Shown here piece after piece: positions 24,825-37,601 of a DNA stretch of 64,000 nt (its first letter is position 1; each line of letters opens with the position of its first letter). The stretch is taken from assembly GCF_011386835.1 (NCBI RefSeq), contig NC_088792.1, positions 201,686,001 through 201,750,000 on the forward strand, given 5' to 3'. The position numbers and the translations under genes are program-made. The notes under the pieces were generated by a model that did no database searches, was not told where the DNA came from, and was given only the letters and a program-made list of their open reading frames with translations. Origin of the DNA: Chrysemys picta bellii (lineage: Eukaryota).

Positions 24825-26244
24825 TATTTAGAACACTAATCATGCCATTCCTTTACTAGTAATGCACAAAAAATTGAATTAAGTATTGCTATAGTTGTGA
24901 CAAAAACTTTACAAAAACAACAAAATCTAAAGCCAATGACCAGGAACAACCAATTCAGACCTCCTCTATTGTGAGCTATGCATAATGTTAGAAAAATGTG
25001 TTAACTAACACAGTGTTAAACACAATCTTGTCCTGTGTGTGGACAAAGATAGTGATGTTTAAAAATGTGTCAGCATGTCATGGTTATTGCCATGTTTAAC
25101 TATGACCAACTAACACATTGTAAAACACAACTGCCCTTGTCCACATTAAATTGTGTTTAACATTATATTAGTTAGCAACATGATGCATTTTCTCCACACA
25201 GACATGCCTAGATTTTGTTCAGGGGATACATTCCTCGTCCCTAGCTTTTATTTTATTTTTTTCCCTGTCTTAAATTTTTCCTTCTTGATTAGGGGTATTG
25301 ATTGCAGAATGTATTTTATAAACATTTAACACTGACCTAAAAATCTTGCAATAACCTACACCTGTTGGACCAGTTAAGGACAAAGTAACAGAGTTAGGTA
25401 CGTCACCAACCACATTTTCTTCCTTCTACCTTTCTAATGTTTTAAACATTTGTTTGGAAGCTTGAAAATAAACATTTGACCCTCCTCTAGCAAATCTTAA
25501 ATTCTACAGTTTTTTTAAGTACAGCAAAAGCCAGCATAACCTAATTTTATTAATGTCTCTGTCCATATGCATGGCTCGGGAACAACATTTATTAGTTAAC
25601 ATGTGCTGGAGAGCAGGAAGGGGGGGGGGGACTTTTTATGTATATGTATTGAAAATAGAGCCTACTGTTAAACAAATAGACTTTGGTTCATAACAGTAAT
25701 TTTGCTTTAATTAAATTTGATCGTTAGGATTAAGATGCCATTCTCAATTAAAATTACAACAATGTTAAACATTGACAAAATCTTTTACATTTCTAACACC
25801 CTCATTTTGTCTGAAATATAGTTATTTAAACACCTTAATGTTACTTAAAACTATTGCTGGTTTACTAACTCCCTTGAATTAATATATAAAGAAATAACGT
25901 CTCCTCAAGTTACAGGAGGTCAATCAACAACTGTCTTCAGTCCTACAAAAGTAAATATATATTTTACAAACTTCTAAAATAGGACTTTTAAACTATATAT
26001 CCGGTAGTTGGTATACCCATGATGGATTTTCATGTAAATAGGTGTCTACGGAATTCTTAATACCCACATTGCTGAGCACGTGCTAGCATCTGAATCCTCC
26101 TGATTCACAAACCATACACAGAGGACTGTAATATTTTGCATATCATGCAAATCTTTTGTATGCATCATGTTTTATTCCAATTTCTTCTGGCTTTATGCAC
26201 GGAATTCTCTTTCATTTAGGTGAGTTAGATTTACAGAGGAGAAG

Positions 26245-26440
26245 ACAGCATGGGCCAGTGGACAAAGCACTGGGCCAGAAGTCAGGAGACCTAGGCTCCA
26301 CTCCTGGCACTGCCTGACCTGCTTGATGGCCATGGACTCATCTTTCCCTCTGTCTGTCTCTCAGTTTACCCATCTGCAAAATGGGGAGGATAGTCACCCT
26401 CCTTTTAAAGTGATATGAGATCTCTTTATGAAAAATCCTA
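26245..26440 (+). mobile_element. tRNA-derived CORE-SINE (MIR-like)
   Basis: Head ..cagtggacaaagcactgg..gtcaggagacctaggctccactcctggc and CORE-like ctcagtttacccatctgcaaaatgggg. Confidence 0.6.
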
Positions 26441-26590
26441 TAATTTATTGTAATTTTTACAGAGGATGCCAGAATTTGATTTTAAAAGGTAATGCTGAAG
26501 TCACTGGGGAAAGACTGATGGTTTGTAGCATGTCTGTTTCTGTATAAGTTGGTCATGAATGCTGGGCTGATTACCATATGGTAATGGTAT

Positions 26591-27544
26591 AATCATAGAA
26601 TCATAGACATGTGGGGCTGGCAGGAACCTCATGAGGTAGGACCTAGTGAACCTAGACCATCCCAGATAGGTGTTTGTCCAAACTGCTCTTAAAAATGTCC
26701 ATTAATGGGGATTCACCATCTCCCTTGGAAGCTTATTACGGAGCTTAACTACTTTTACAGTTAAAAAGTTTTTCTTAATATCCAACCTAAATCCCCCTTA
26801 TCTTTACTGAATTTCATCTTGCTGATTTCAGACCAATTCTGTAATTTGTCAAGGTCATTTTGAATTCTTATCCTGACCTCCAAAATGTTTGCAACCCCTC
26901 CCAGTTTGGTGTCATCTGCAAATTTTATAAGCATATACTCCACTATCCAAGTAATTAATGAAAATATTTAACGGTAATGGATCCAGGTTTGACCCCTACA
27001 GGTACTCTTTTGATATCCCCTCCCAGTTTGACAGTAAACCATTTATAACTCTTTGAGTATGGTCTGTCAACCTGTTGTGTACCCACTTTACAGTAATTTA
27101 ATCTAGACCATATTTTCTTAGTATCACAGGGGTAGCCGGGTTAGTCTGTATCCACAAAAACAATGAGGAGTCTGGTGGCACCTTAAAGACTAACAGATTT
27201 ATTTGGGCATAAGCTTTCATTGGTAAAAAAAAAAAAAAACACTTCTTCAGATGCATGGCACGAAAATTACAGATGCAGGCATAAATATGCTGACACATGA
27301 AGAGCTCCCTTCTCTTCATGTGTCAGTATATTTATGCCTGCATCTGTAATTTTCACTCCATGCATTTGAAGAAATGGGGTTTTTTACCCACGAAAGCTTA
27401 TGCCCAAATAAATCTGTTAGTCTTTAAGGTGCCACCAGACTCCTCGTTGTTTTCATATTTTCCTAGTTTGCTGATGAGAATGTTGGACTGTGTCAAAAGC
27501 CTTACTAAAATCAAGATATATCACATCTACTGCTTCTTCCCATC
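26591..27544 (-). mobile_element. CR1 LINE 3' fragment with deletions, interrupted by a PLE fold-back
   Basis: Reverse-complement (ATTCTATG)n tail at 26591; RT motif KFADDTKLGG (26761-26943). Confidence 0.85.
27123..27453. mobile_element. PLE terminal-repeat fold-back (second subfamily), both hammerhead motifs damaged
   Basis: Inverted arms of about 145 bp centred near 27307; flanking duplication CATATTTTC(T/C)TAGT (27109-27122, 27454-27467); hammerhead remnants at 27207-27254 (-) and 27362-27403 (+). Confidence 0.8.
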
Positions 27545-27844
27545 GATAGGCTCAACCCTCTAAATTCAATACATCCAGTACACTTTGCTTTTAGGATATC
27601 TGATTATTGTATCTAGTATGTGTCTATACAGCCTCATAACTCCCTGGAAAGCATCTGGTCCATCTCAATGCTCTTTCTGTAGTGTATCAAAGGAACTCAG
27701 TTCCATTTCACTATTTCTTACATAAGACTCTTTCTAGCATGGAACCAATTGACTCATCACTATGACTGGATCAAGAGAAGTAGATATCCTACCTCAAAGG
27801 CATTATCTAGAGACTATTCAATCCCTTGCTTTTCTTGCACTATA

Positions 27845-28035
27845 CACCTTTACCCCGATATAACGCTGTCCTTGGGAGCCAAAAAATCTTACTGCGTTAT
27901 AGGTGAAACCGCGTTATATCGAACTTGCTTTGATCCGCCGGAGTGCGCAGTCCCGCCCCCCCCCCCAAGCACTGTTTTACCGCATTATATCCGAATTTGT
28001 GTTATATCGGGTCGTGTTATATCGGGGTAGAGGTG
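27845..28035. mobile_element. Tigger-like MITE, copy 3
   Basis: TA|CACCTTTACCCCGATATAACG...CGGGGTAGAGGTG|TA. Confidence 0.9.
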
Positions 28036-28058
28036 TATATCAGATGTCACATATATAT

Positions 28059-30811
28059 TGGGGCTATCAAACAATTAAAAAAATAATCACAATTAATCAT
28101 GAGATTAAAGAAAATAGTCATGATTAATTGCAGTTTTAAACAATAGTAGAATATCAATTTAAATTTACTATAAATATTTTTTGATGTTTTTCTACATTTT
28201 ACACTTTACATTATTATTTTTATTACAAATATTTGCACTGTAGAAAAGATAAACAAAAGAAATAGTATTTTTCAATTCACTCATACAAGTACTGTAGTGC
28301 AACTTACAAATGTAGATTTTTTTCATAGAATCATAGAAACACAGAAGATTAGGGTTGGAAGAGACCTCAGGAGGTCATCTAGTCCAACCCCCTGCTCAAA
28401 GCAGGACCAACACCCACTAAATCATCCCAGTCACACTGGGCCTTAAGAACCTCTAAGGATGGAGATTTGACCACCTCCCTAGATAGCCTTTTTCAGTTCT
28501 TCACCACTCTCCTAGTGAAATAGTTTTTCCTAATATCCAATCTAGACCTCCCCCACTACAACTTGAGACCATTGTTCCTTGTTCTGTCATCTGCCACCAC
28601 TGAGAACAGCCAAACTCCATCCTCTTTGGAACCTCCCTTCAGGTAGTTGAAGGCTGCTCTCAAATCCCCCATCACTCTTTTCTTCTGCAGACTAAATAAG
28701 CCCGTTTCCCTCAGCCTCTCCTCATAAGTCATGTGCCCCAGCCCCCTAATCATTTTCGTTGCCCTCCGATGGTCTCTCTCCAATTTGTCCACATCCTTTC
28801 TGTAGTGGGGCACCCAAACCTGGACGCAATACTCCAGATGTGGCCTCACCAGTGCTGCATAGAGGGGAATAATCACTTCCCTCTATCTGCTGGCAATGCT
28901 CCTACTAATGAGCCCAATATGCCGTTAGCCTTCTTGACAACAAGGGCACACTGTTAACTCATATCCAGCTTCTCGCCCACTGTAATCCCCAGGTGCTTTT
29001 CTGCAGAACTGCCGCTTAGCCAGTCGGTCCCCAGCCTGTAGCAGTGCATGGGATTCTTCCAGCCTAAGTGCAGGACTCTGCACTTGTCCTCGTTGAACCC
29101 CATCAGATTTCTTTTGGCCCAATCCTCCAACTTGTCAAAGTCACTCTGGACCCTACCCCTACCCTCTAGCGTATCTACCTCTCCCCCTAGCTTAGTGTCA
29201 TCCACGAACTTGCTGAGGGTGCAATACATCCCATTATCCAGATCATTAATGAAGGTGCTGAACAAAACCAGCCCCAGGACAGACCCCTGGGGAACTCCGC
29301 TTGATACCGGCTGCCAACTAGACATTGAACTATTGATCACCACTCATTGAGCCTGAAGATCTAGCCAGGTTTCCATCCATCTTATAGTCCATTCATCCAA
29401 TCCATACTTTTTTAACTTGCTGGCAAGGATACTGTGGGAGACCATACCAAAAGCTTTGCTAAAGTCAAGATATATCATGTTCACTGCTTTCCCCATATCC
29501 TCAGAGCCAGTTATCTTATCATAGAAGGCAATCAGGTTGGTCAGGCATGACTTACCCTTGGTGAATCTATGTTGACTGTTCCTGATCACCTTCCTCTCCT
29601 CCAAGTGCTTCAAAATGGATTTCTTGAGGACCTGATCCATGATTTTTCCAAGGACTGAGGTGAGGCTGACTGGTCTGTAGTTCCCTGGATTTTCCTTCTT
29701 CCCTTTTTAAAATATGGGCACTATATTTGCCTTTTTCCAATTGTCAGGGACCTCCCCTGATTTGCCATAAGATAATGGCCAATGGCTCTGCAATCACATC
29801 AGTAAACTCCCTCAGCACCCTCGGAATCATTGTATCCAGCACCATGAACATGCGTCCAGCTTTTCTAAATAGTCCTTAACCTGTTCTTTCACCACTGAGG
29901 GCTGCTCACCTCCTCCCCATACTGTGCTGCCCAGTGCAGCAGCCTTGGAGTTGACCTTGTCTGTGAAGACCGAGGCAAAAAAAGCATTGAGTACTTCAGC
30001 TTTTTCAACATCATTTGTCACTAGATTGCCTCCCCCATTCAGTATGGGTCCCACACTTCCCCTGACTTTCTTCTTGTTGCTAACATACCTGTAGAAACCC
30101 TCTTGTTACCCTTCACATCCCTTGCTAGCTGCAACTCCAATTGTGCTTTGGCCTTCCTGATTAAACCACTGCATGCTCAAGCAATATTTTTATACTCCTC
30201 CCTAGTCATCTGTCCAAGTTTCCACTTCTTGTAAGCTTTCTTTTTGTGTTTAAGCTCACCGAAGATTTCTCTTCTCTTTTCTTTTAAACGTAACTACACT
30301 CAATATCAAAACAATGTAACATTTTAGAATCTACAAGTCGAAGCATGAAGGGACATATGAATATTTAGCATATCTGGCATGTGCTACGCTGGCTAAAACA
30401 GTGCCATGAGAATGCCTATTGTCACTTTCAGGTGACATTGTAAATAAGAAGCCGGCAGCATTATCTCCCGTAAATGTAAACAAATTTGTCTTAGCGATTG
30501 TGTGAACAAGAAATAGGACTTAGTGGACTTGTGTGAGGCAAACTGAAAAATACTATCTTTTTTACAGTGCAAATATTTGTAATAAAAAATAATATAAAGT
30601 GAGCACTGGACAGTTTGTATTCTGTGTTGTAATTGAAATCAATATATTTGAAAATGTAGAAAAACATCCAAAATTTTTTATAATAAATGTAAATTGGTAT
30701 TTTATTATTGTTTAACGATGTGATTAAAACTGCAATTCATTGTGACTTTTAAAAAATTTAGTTAGTTTGTTTTGTGTTAATCGTATGCATTGTGATTAAT
30801 TGACAGCCCTA
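28059..30811. mobile_element. AT-rich non-autonomous hAT element split by a CR1 insertion
   Basis: Ends TGGGGCTATCAA / TTGACAGCCCTA; inverted subterminal segments on either side of the CR1; TSD imperfect (ATATATAT vs ATTTATAT, offset by 1 nt). Confidence 0.7.
28324..30270 (-). mobile_element. 5'-truncated CR1 LINE (ORF2 RT region and 3' tail)
   Basis: CATAGAATCATAGAA tail; GVPQGSVLG...FVDDTKLGG; [13 protein letters not shown]; HRFTKGKSCLTNLIAFY. Frameshifted. Confidence 0.95.
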
Positions 30812-33800
30812 AATTTATATATGTATATAATCCCCAAGGCTGTCAGCACTGAACTCTGCCTGGCTGCTCCATGGGATAGGGATTTTGCTTGCAGGGATCA
30901 TGGGGACAGGACAACAGGGAGACCAGGCTTATTCCAAACTTCATCAACTGCGTTAGATTAGACTTCATCTGAGTCTCTGATTTGGGAGTGAAAAAGACAT
31001 TTTCCTCAATGTAGTGAGGCTAATGGATAGTTTTGCAACGAATATATTGGTGTTATTAATTTGTTTAGTTTGTTTTCTACTAAGAACCAGACCCTCAAGG
31101 CTTTCCCAAGGAGAGAAGGAAGAGGAAATGCAGAGAAAAATTCTGAGAAGGCTGAGAAAAGAAAGTAGAAGGGACAAAGTAAATAATAGGAATATTATTG
31201 AAAAAATAAAACCATGTAATTGTCTAGCTCAAGACAAAGCTTCAGAGCTCCTAATCAGATGGAATGAGCCTCCTAATAGAGGCAGAACATTCTGAAACAG
31301 GAAACAGTGACTCCATCCATGCCACCATCTGGTGCACAGATCGCCCTGCAATTGTCAGCATAAGCTGCCTCTGTCCACTGACAGGAAGGGATCTAACACA
31401 CATGGAACAGACCAGTGGACATACACTCATCACACTCACTGATTTTTGTTATCTCACATCTGAAAGGAGACCTGCATATTGAGTTCCTGACTCATCCCTT
31501 CCCCTCAGTTAAAGAATCTCTATGTCCAAAAATCTGGAAAGAATGAGATATCTTTTTTAAAGGCTTTTCTTCTAAAGCAATAACCAAAATTAGTGGGTTA
31601 AAAAACACTGGTGGTTGCAACATGGTGTTACTTACTTCCTGAGTGTTGTTTAACTTCTTTCCTCTTTGTGGGTCTGCCACCCTCCTAAATGAAGTTACTG
31701 ACTGCCGATCAGAGATGTGAGGAAACTGAAGCAGTAGAAGTAGCTCCAGTGTTTCCTCAGTCAGTTTACTAGGAAGCCATTTTCAGGAGGTGTTGGTGAG
31801 GAAGAAGTCTAGGGAACATTTACTTCCCATTAATACTACTACTTTTTGGCAGAGAAGGGAGAGTATCAAACTCCTCATATTTCCAGTCCTAAACAACATT
31901 TTTTCTTGGACTGCTGATCTGCCACAGCTTCCTTAACTCAAGCAATTGTGAGGAAGCTGATTACATGCCACACAGATCACTATGCCTAACATTGTTTGGT
32001 CTCTGAGAATGATCCCTGAGGATGAACACAGCTAACTACAAAATTCAGACTGGCAACTAGAACAAAAACAAACAAAAAGGCAAAGATTTGTAAACAGACA
32101 GGCAGATAGCAGGAAATCCAAGAAGGGCTGACTGACAAACTGAAACAGAGAGACGTAGAAATTTTTATTCCTCCCCCCCCCCCCCCCACACACACACCGT
32201 AAATGGAGGACAGTAAGATGATGGTAATAAGAGGTTTGCAGGATCTCTATATAGTTTCACTGAATGAGTGCATGGATAAGCCAGCCTCAAAACTGGTGAC
32301 TAATAGAAAAACATTTCTCATACTAATAATAACAAATAATATTGCTATTATTTTTCCACAATAGGACAACTTACACTGTCAGAGCAGAAATTACCATATT
32401 TAGAAACAAGAGAACATAGCATAGCATGGGCCCAAATTGCTTATAATTGATCTTGAACAACAGAAGGTCATGCATTAATCTTAAAGTTGATTTTACTAAA
32501 ATGACACTACAAATGGAATACTCTTAATAAACTTTACACCTCAAATTCTGCAAAATATCTCTGAAATAATCATTGATATCTTTCCACCTAGAGTATAAAG
32601 TGGCAGATTTTTTAAAGACTTGTAATGTAAAAATAGTGACAGTTTATAAGTCACTGATGGCTAAATTCATTTGTTTCTATGCCTGTTGAAAGTTAATGCA
32701 GTTCAACGTTTCCCTCCCTTTCCTGGCCTCCAGCACTTGGCAAATGAAAGATTACTTTCAATGCAATATTCTACGTTCACTTTGATGCAGTCAGATCCTA
32801 ATAATTTCAACTCTGTTTTTCCTTTACTCATAACAACTTTTTGGGGGACATAGATAAATAAAGAGCCTTTACATTCCTCAAAAAATGAGCCTCCTAATGA
32901 CATCATCCTCTTGATATTCCTGTGTTTGAAAATCAATGTTGCAGCTATATTGCTGCAAGACCATTCAATAGAGAGGATCATTTCTAAGGGCACAACATGC
33001 ATCTCAGATTTTTAAAAACATTCAGAAGGGTTATATTGCTAGGAACCTCATTTTTGTAGAACATGATTTACTCCCTAATTATCTTTCTCCCTGGAAGGTT
33101 ATCATCAGCTGTAAAAAAACAAGTTAAAAATTAGTAGGATCTGCCTATATCAAAGTGAAAGTAGAATAGTGCACTGAAATTAATCTTATGTTTGTCAAGT
33201 GCTTGAGTCTTAATGTGAAAGCATACAACACTTTTTGGATTTTCTGCAGATTTCATTAGGAGTTTCTGAAATGACTCCCTGTATTTAAAAGCATGGAGTC
33301 TTAGCTGACTCAGTGAAAAATGAAAAGCTCTGCTCTGAAAGGAATGCTCCTTTTTCCCCTCAGGCCTGTCTACACTAGGAAGTTTTAATGACAGAAGTTC
33401 TTCCAGAAGACTACTACCAACAAAGTTATTCTGGTAGAATGCATTCATATTTGGCTGCTTTTGCCAGTACAGAGTGTCCTCACAGCACCAGTGGTCTACT
33501 GGCAAAAGATGTGTGGCACTGTGAATAGGCAACTCATTGTGTCCCCACAACTATCTGGCACACTATCATTTAGGACATTTTTGTATGTATTGTGGAACTG
33601 CTTCTGTGTATGGGGGATACCATCACTCATCTCAGAGAATTGTGGGAGTTCAGGGTCAAATTCCCACACATTCCTCTGTCCCTTCCCATAATCACTCTTT
33701 TTTTGTGTGCTATATTTCCTTGGCTGAATTGATTATAAAGCAGAGCCATCTGAGAACACATCTTATACTGTATCTATGGCTGTACCAAGATTTTGTTTTA

Positions 33801-36800
33801 AAATAGAAGGGGCTTTCCCCATGTTTTTTTTCTCATTTTGTGGTTCCTTTTGGAAACAGTACTCTCTCTGTCATATATGGACTAAATTTAGTACTTATCA
33901 GACATAACATCTACGTGATATCCTTTTCCTTCATCACAAGGGACAAATAACAAACCACATGTCTGTGATAAAATGTAATTACCACAATAAGAATTATGCG
34001 GAACATAGACTTGCAGCATGATTTCTGCTTTAAAGGGAATGAAGGAGAAATATAATATGCTAATGAATAACACACTGAAATCACTGCAGAATATAATCCA
34101 AATACTCTAAAGCTACTTTCAAAGTCCAGGCAATGGTCTGTTCCCTAACATTGAATGCATTAGTCATTTACTTGAAAGCACCTAGAGATTATAAATGGAC
34201 AGTTTTAAATATAATGCATAAAATAAAAGTTATGATAAAGACAAGCCCTTACAGATACATAATCTTTCATCATGAATAACCCTACAGGGAGGCCACAAGA
34301 GATTCAGCATATGTAAATTGCATCCATAAAGAAATACTATACAAATATACATTAATAAATACTTAATACAATTTAGTAAGGAAATAACAGATGGACTGAC
34401 CTATTCTTACATGTTCAATGAGGCACAGGGTCTGGTCTCACTATCCATAGATGCTACTGACACACTACCTTTTTATCTGCTTCAACCACAAACTAAAGCA
34501 TCTTAATTAATAAAGTATCTTAATTAATAGTCAATTTGCAGAGAACAAAAACAAACAAAGCAGGGGAAAGCAGAGAAGGCAAAGGGTAAGGAAAGGAGTA
34601 AAAAATTGGAAAATATACATATACAATACTATATTTATAGATCTACGATTATAGGAATAATTGCAGTTTCAATTTAAAACAAGAGCATACATGAAGTTAC
34701 CACATGATGTGCAATGGGGTGGGTGTTAAGGGCTATGTGGGAAAAGTCACTCTAAATACACTGACTTTTGCACAATGCAATCTAAACTAATATTTCATTA
34801 TCAAATTCTGGTCTCAGTTACACTGGAGTAACTCAATTTACGTCAACAGATTTACTCTGAACTTTCTCTAAATTGATGTGATGGCAGGATTTGGTTCATA
34901 ATCTCTCTTTTATTTTTAATTTTTTAGGAGCTTTTAGTAAAAAGTCAAGCTGCTTCTCTCTGGCTTCCCATCACCCTTCTTTATACATAATATATTTGCA
35001 CATGCACATTTTGGGGAACAAAAATATATGAACTTTTGGAGAAAACAGGTTGCTACCTATGTTCACTATGTTATTTTCAAATAGTCACAACTTTGCCATA
35101 TCTGCAAGACATATTCTATCTGAGAACTATGCTAAGTCTGGAGTTTGAAGAAAACGTTGTTTTGAGTTATCTAAATGCCAGTGATGTATCAGTAATTTTT
35201 TAATATGAGGGCTTGGGGGAAGAAAGTGAGACACTCTTCCTTTCTTCTAAAAAATTGCATAGGTGTCCATATAGGTACAGAAGACAAAGGAGATTGTGCA
35301 TAGGGAACATTGTTCTGCTTGTCTTCTTTCAGGGCAATATCTTTTTTCACCATTTGGCGAGCTTAGGGTAGTATGGGCTCCTGTACCCGAGGGAAATGAG
35401 AACTTCCCCCAGTTATAAAGAGAGGTACAGAGCATTAGAAAAAAAATTCCCACTGACCAAGATGAATGGGAAGAGAACAAGCCAGAAATGGCAAAAATGA
35501 AACGTTTTGAGCTCTATAGAAAAAGAAAGAAAGAGATTTAGAGGCCACATGCAAATCTTGCAGGAGGCAAAACAAAAACTGGGACTCTCTTGGAAGGCAG
35601 AGTCAAGTTTTTCTCCTCATAGAAAGGGTTGGTCCTTCTTCCGAGTCTGGTAAAGCAGAGGAAAACCCATTGTCTGGAATGGTGAGACTGGGTATGATTG
35701 AAAAAAAACAAACACAACAGTCTTCACAGGTAGCTGTTGTGGGAACACTCCTTTTACTTACTGAAGGGACTCAAGGAGAGAGGTTAAAAATATTGGCAGT
35801 GCTTTCAACCACATTCTTTCCGTAGAAAGGTCCTGGCGATGTGCGTGGGGGGGTATTGTTGTTGCTGTCTTTTTAATTATCTTCTCAATTGTGTATTTTT
35901 TGCAGTTTACTCCTTTAGCCTATGACAATCACACAACAGCAACTCTAGTTTGATTATGGTAATTGCCTCTTAGCAAGGCATACAAATTGTTCAGAATGCC
36001 TCAGCATGTATGTTTACTGATTTGTGAATATTGGCTTGGCCTGTGCTTTTCACAATGTTTGCCTATGAAGTGGCATATTTACTTTACCGTGAGTTGGCTT
36101 TATTGGGTTTTAAGACCTTAAATGGTGTAGTTCTTTGCTATGCTTCATTCCTTTTTCTTGAGCCACATCCTGGTAGGAATCTGTACTCTCACAACACTTG
36201 CCTATTATTGTGTCTTCATTCCTGAGGCTATTAGGTTCTTGCTGTGGTGTGTCCAGAGGTATGGAACAACTGGTTTCCCTGAGTATCTATCGCTTTTGCT
36301 TTAAAATAGTTTTATTTATTAATTTATTATGTTCACTGTTGGCTCAGATTTATTGTCTTTCCCCATCCAATCCCCTTTTGCCCCTATCCCTACCTCATTC
36401 TCAAAAATGGTTTTACTTTTTAAAGAGGATTTTAAAGAAAATTTTAATTGTACTTTAATCATCCTTTTAACATACTGGCCATCACTTTGAGTGCCTTGTC
36501 TGATGTGTGGAGGTTGGTTTTATAAAGACATTATTACATTTCCATGAATAAGTTTAATAGGAGATTCTTAACTTTACCATTTCTGCAGTGTGGGTTGCTA
36601 ATTATTATTTATCAAGCATCAGTGGTATGCTCAGCATTGTATATAAAACTAGAGGTAATTCAGCATCACTCAGGACTTTTTTCCTCAATCAGAAACATCT
36701 GAGCTGGTCTGAAAGGCCATCACCTTCTCTGAATTCAAATCCCTCAAGAAGATCCACTGCTACCATGATTCCTACAAGAAACTGACTAGAAATGGCAGAT

Positions 36801-37071
36801 AGAGAGGCAATGAGGGACAGTTGATAACCCAAGTTACAGAAAAACAAAAGAACATGGTATCATCAAGGTCCTTAAACCTGCTCCCATGCACTTCTCAGTG
36901 CAAACTGGGGCCAAGATATGATCAATCACCACCTTTATTTATCCTTGTATCCATTTGTGTCTATTCTGTGTCTATTTGTCTTTTAGATTGTATGCTCTTC
37001 AGGGCAGGGTCTTATATATTTGTACAAAGGTTAGTATGCTGGAGGTGCTAGCGAAGAAGAGAATTTCCTAA

Positions 37072-37601
37072 GGCCTTATCTACACTAGAAAAGGTTTCCT
37101 GGTAGAGCTATGCCAGCAATCCTTCCTAGTGAAGACGTGGGAGGATTAAACCAGCAAAAGAATTCTCTTGCAGGTATAAGTTCATCTATAACAGGGGTCG
37201 GCAGTGGTGTCCCGGGTCTTCATTTATTCACTCTAATTTAAGGTTTCGCATGACAGTAATACATTTTAATGTTTTTAGAAGGTCTCTTTCTATAAGTCTA
37301 TAATATATAACTAAACTATTGTTGTATGTAAAGTAAATAAGGTTTTTAAAATGTTTGAGAAGCTTCATTTAAAATTAAATTAAAATGCAGAGCCCTCCGG
37401 ACCAGTGGCCAGGACCCAGGCAGTGTGAGTGCCACTGAAAATCAGCTCGCGTACCGCCTTCGGCACACGTGCCATAGGTTGCCTACCCCGATCTATACTA
37501 TGGCTTTTGCTTGCATGGCTATGTTGGTTAGCGGAGTGATTTTTTTCACACTCCTAAATGACATTGCTGAGCTGGCAAAACTTTTAAGTGTAGATAAGGC
37601 A
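37072..37601. mobile_element. PIF/Harbinger-type MITE hosting a nested hAT MITE
   Basis: TIRs GGCCTTATCTACACT / AGTGTAGATAAGGCA; TAA TSD (37069-37071, 37602-37604). Confidence 0.75.
37192..37490. mobile_element. Charlie-type hAT MITE (family of 2227-2537, reverse orientation)
   Basis: Ends CAGGGGTCGGCA / GGTTGCCTACCCCG; TSD ATCTATAA / ATCTATAC (7/8). Confidence 0.85.

Noticed and set aside
27207-27403. Hammerhead motifs in the 27-kb PLE fold-back as functional ribozymes
   Set aside because: The minus copy has stem II destroyed by a poly-A expansion; the plus copy has a C3-to-U core change and a weakened stem II.
31014-31295. 93-aa ORF resembling a secreted peptide precursor (hydrophobic N-terminus, basic motifs)
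   Set aside because: Explained by a T-rich stretch followed by a purine-rich low-complexity stretch; no recognisable family and no splice or promoter support.
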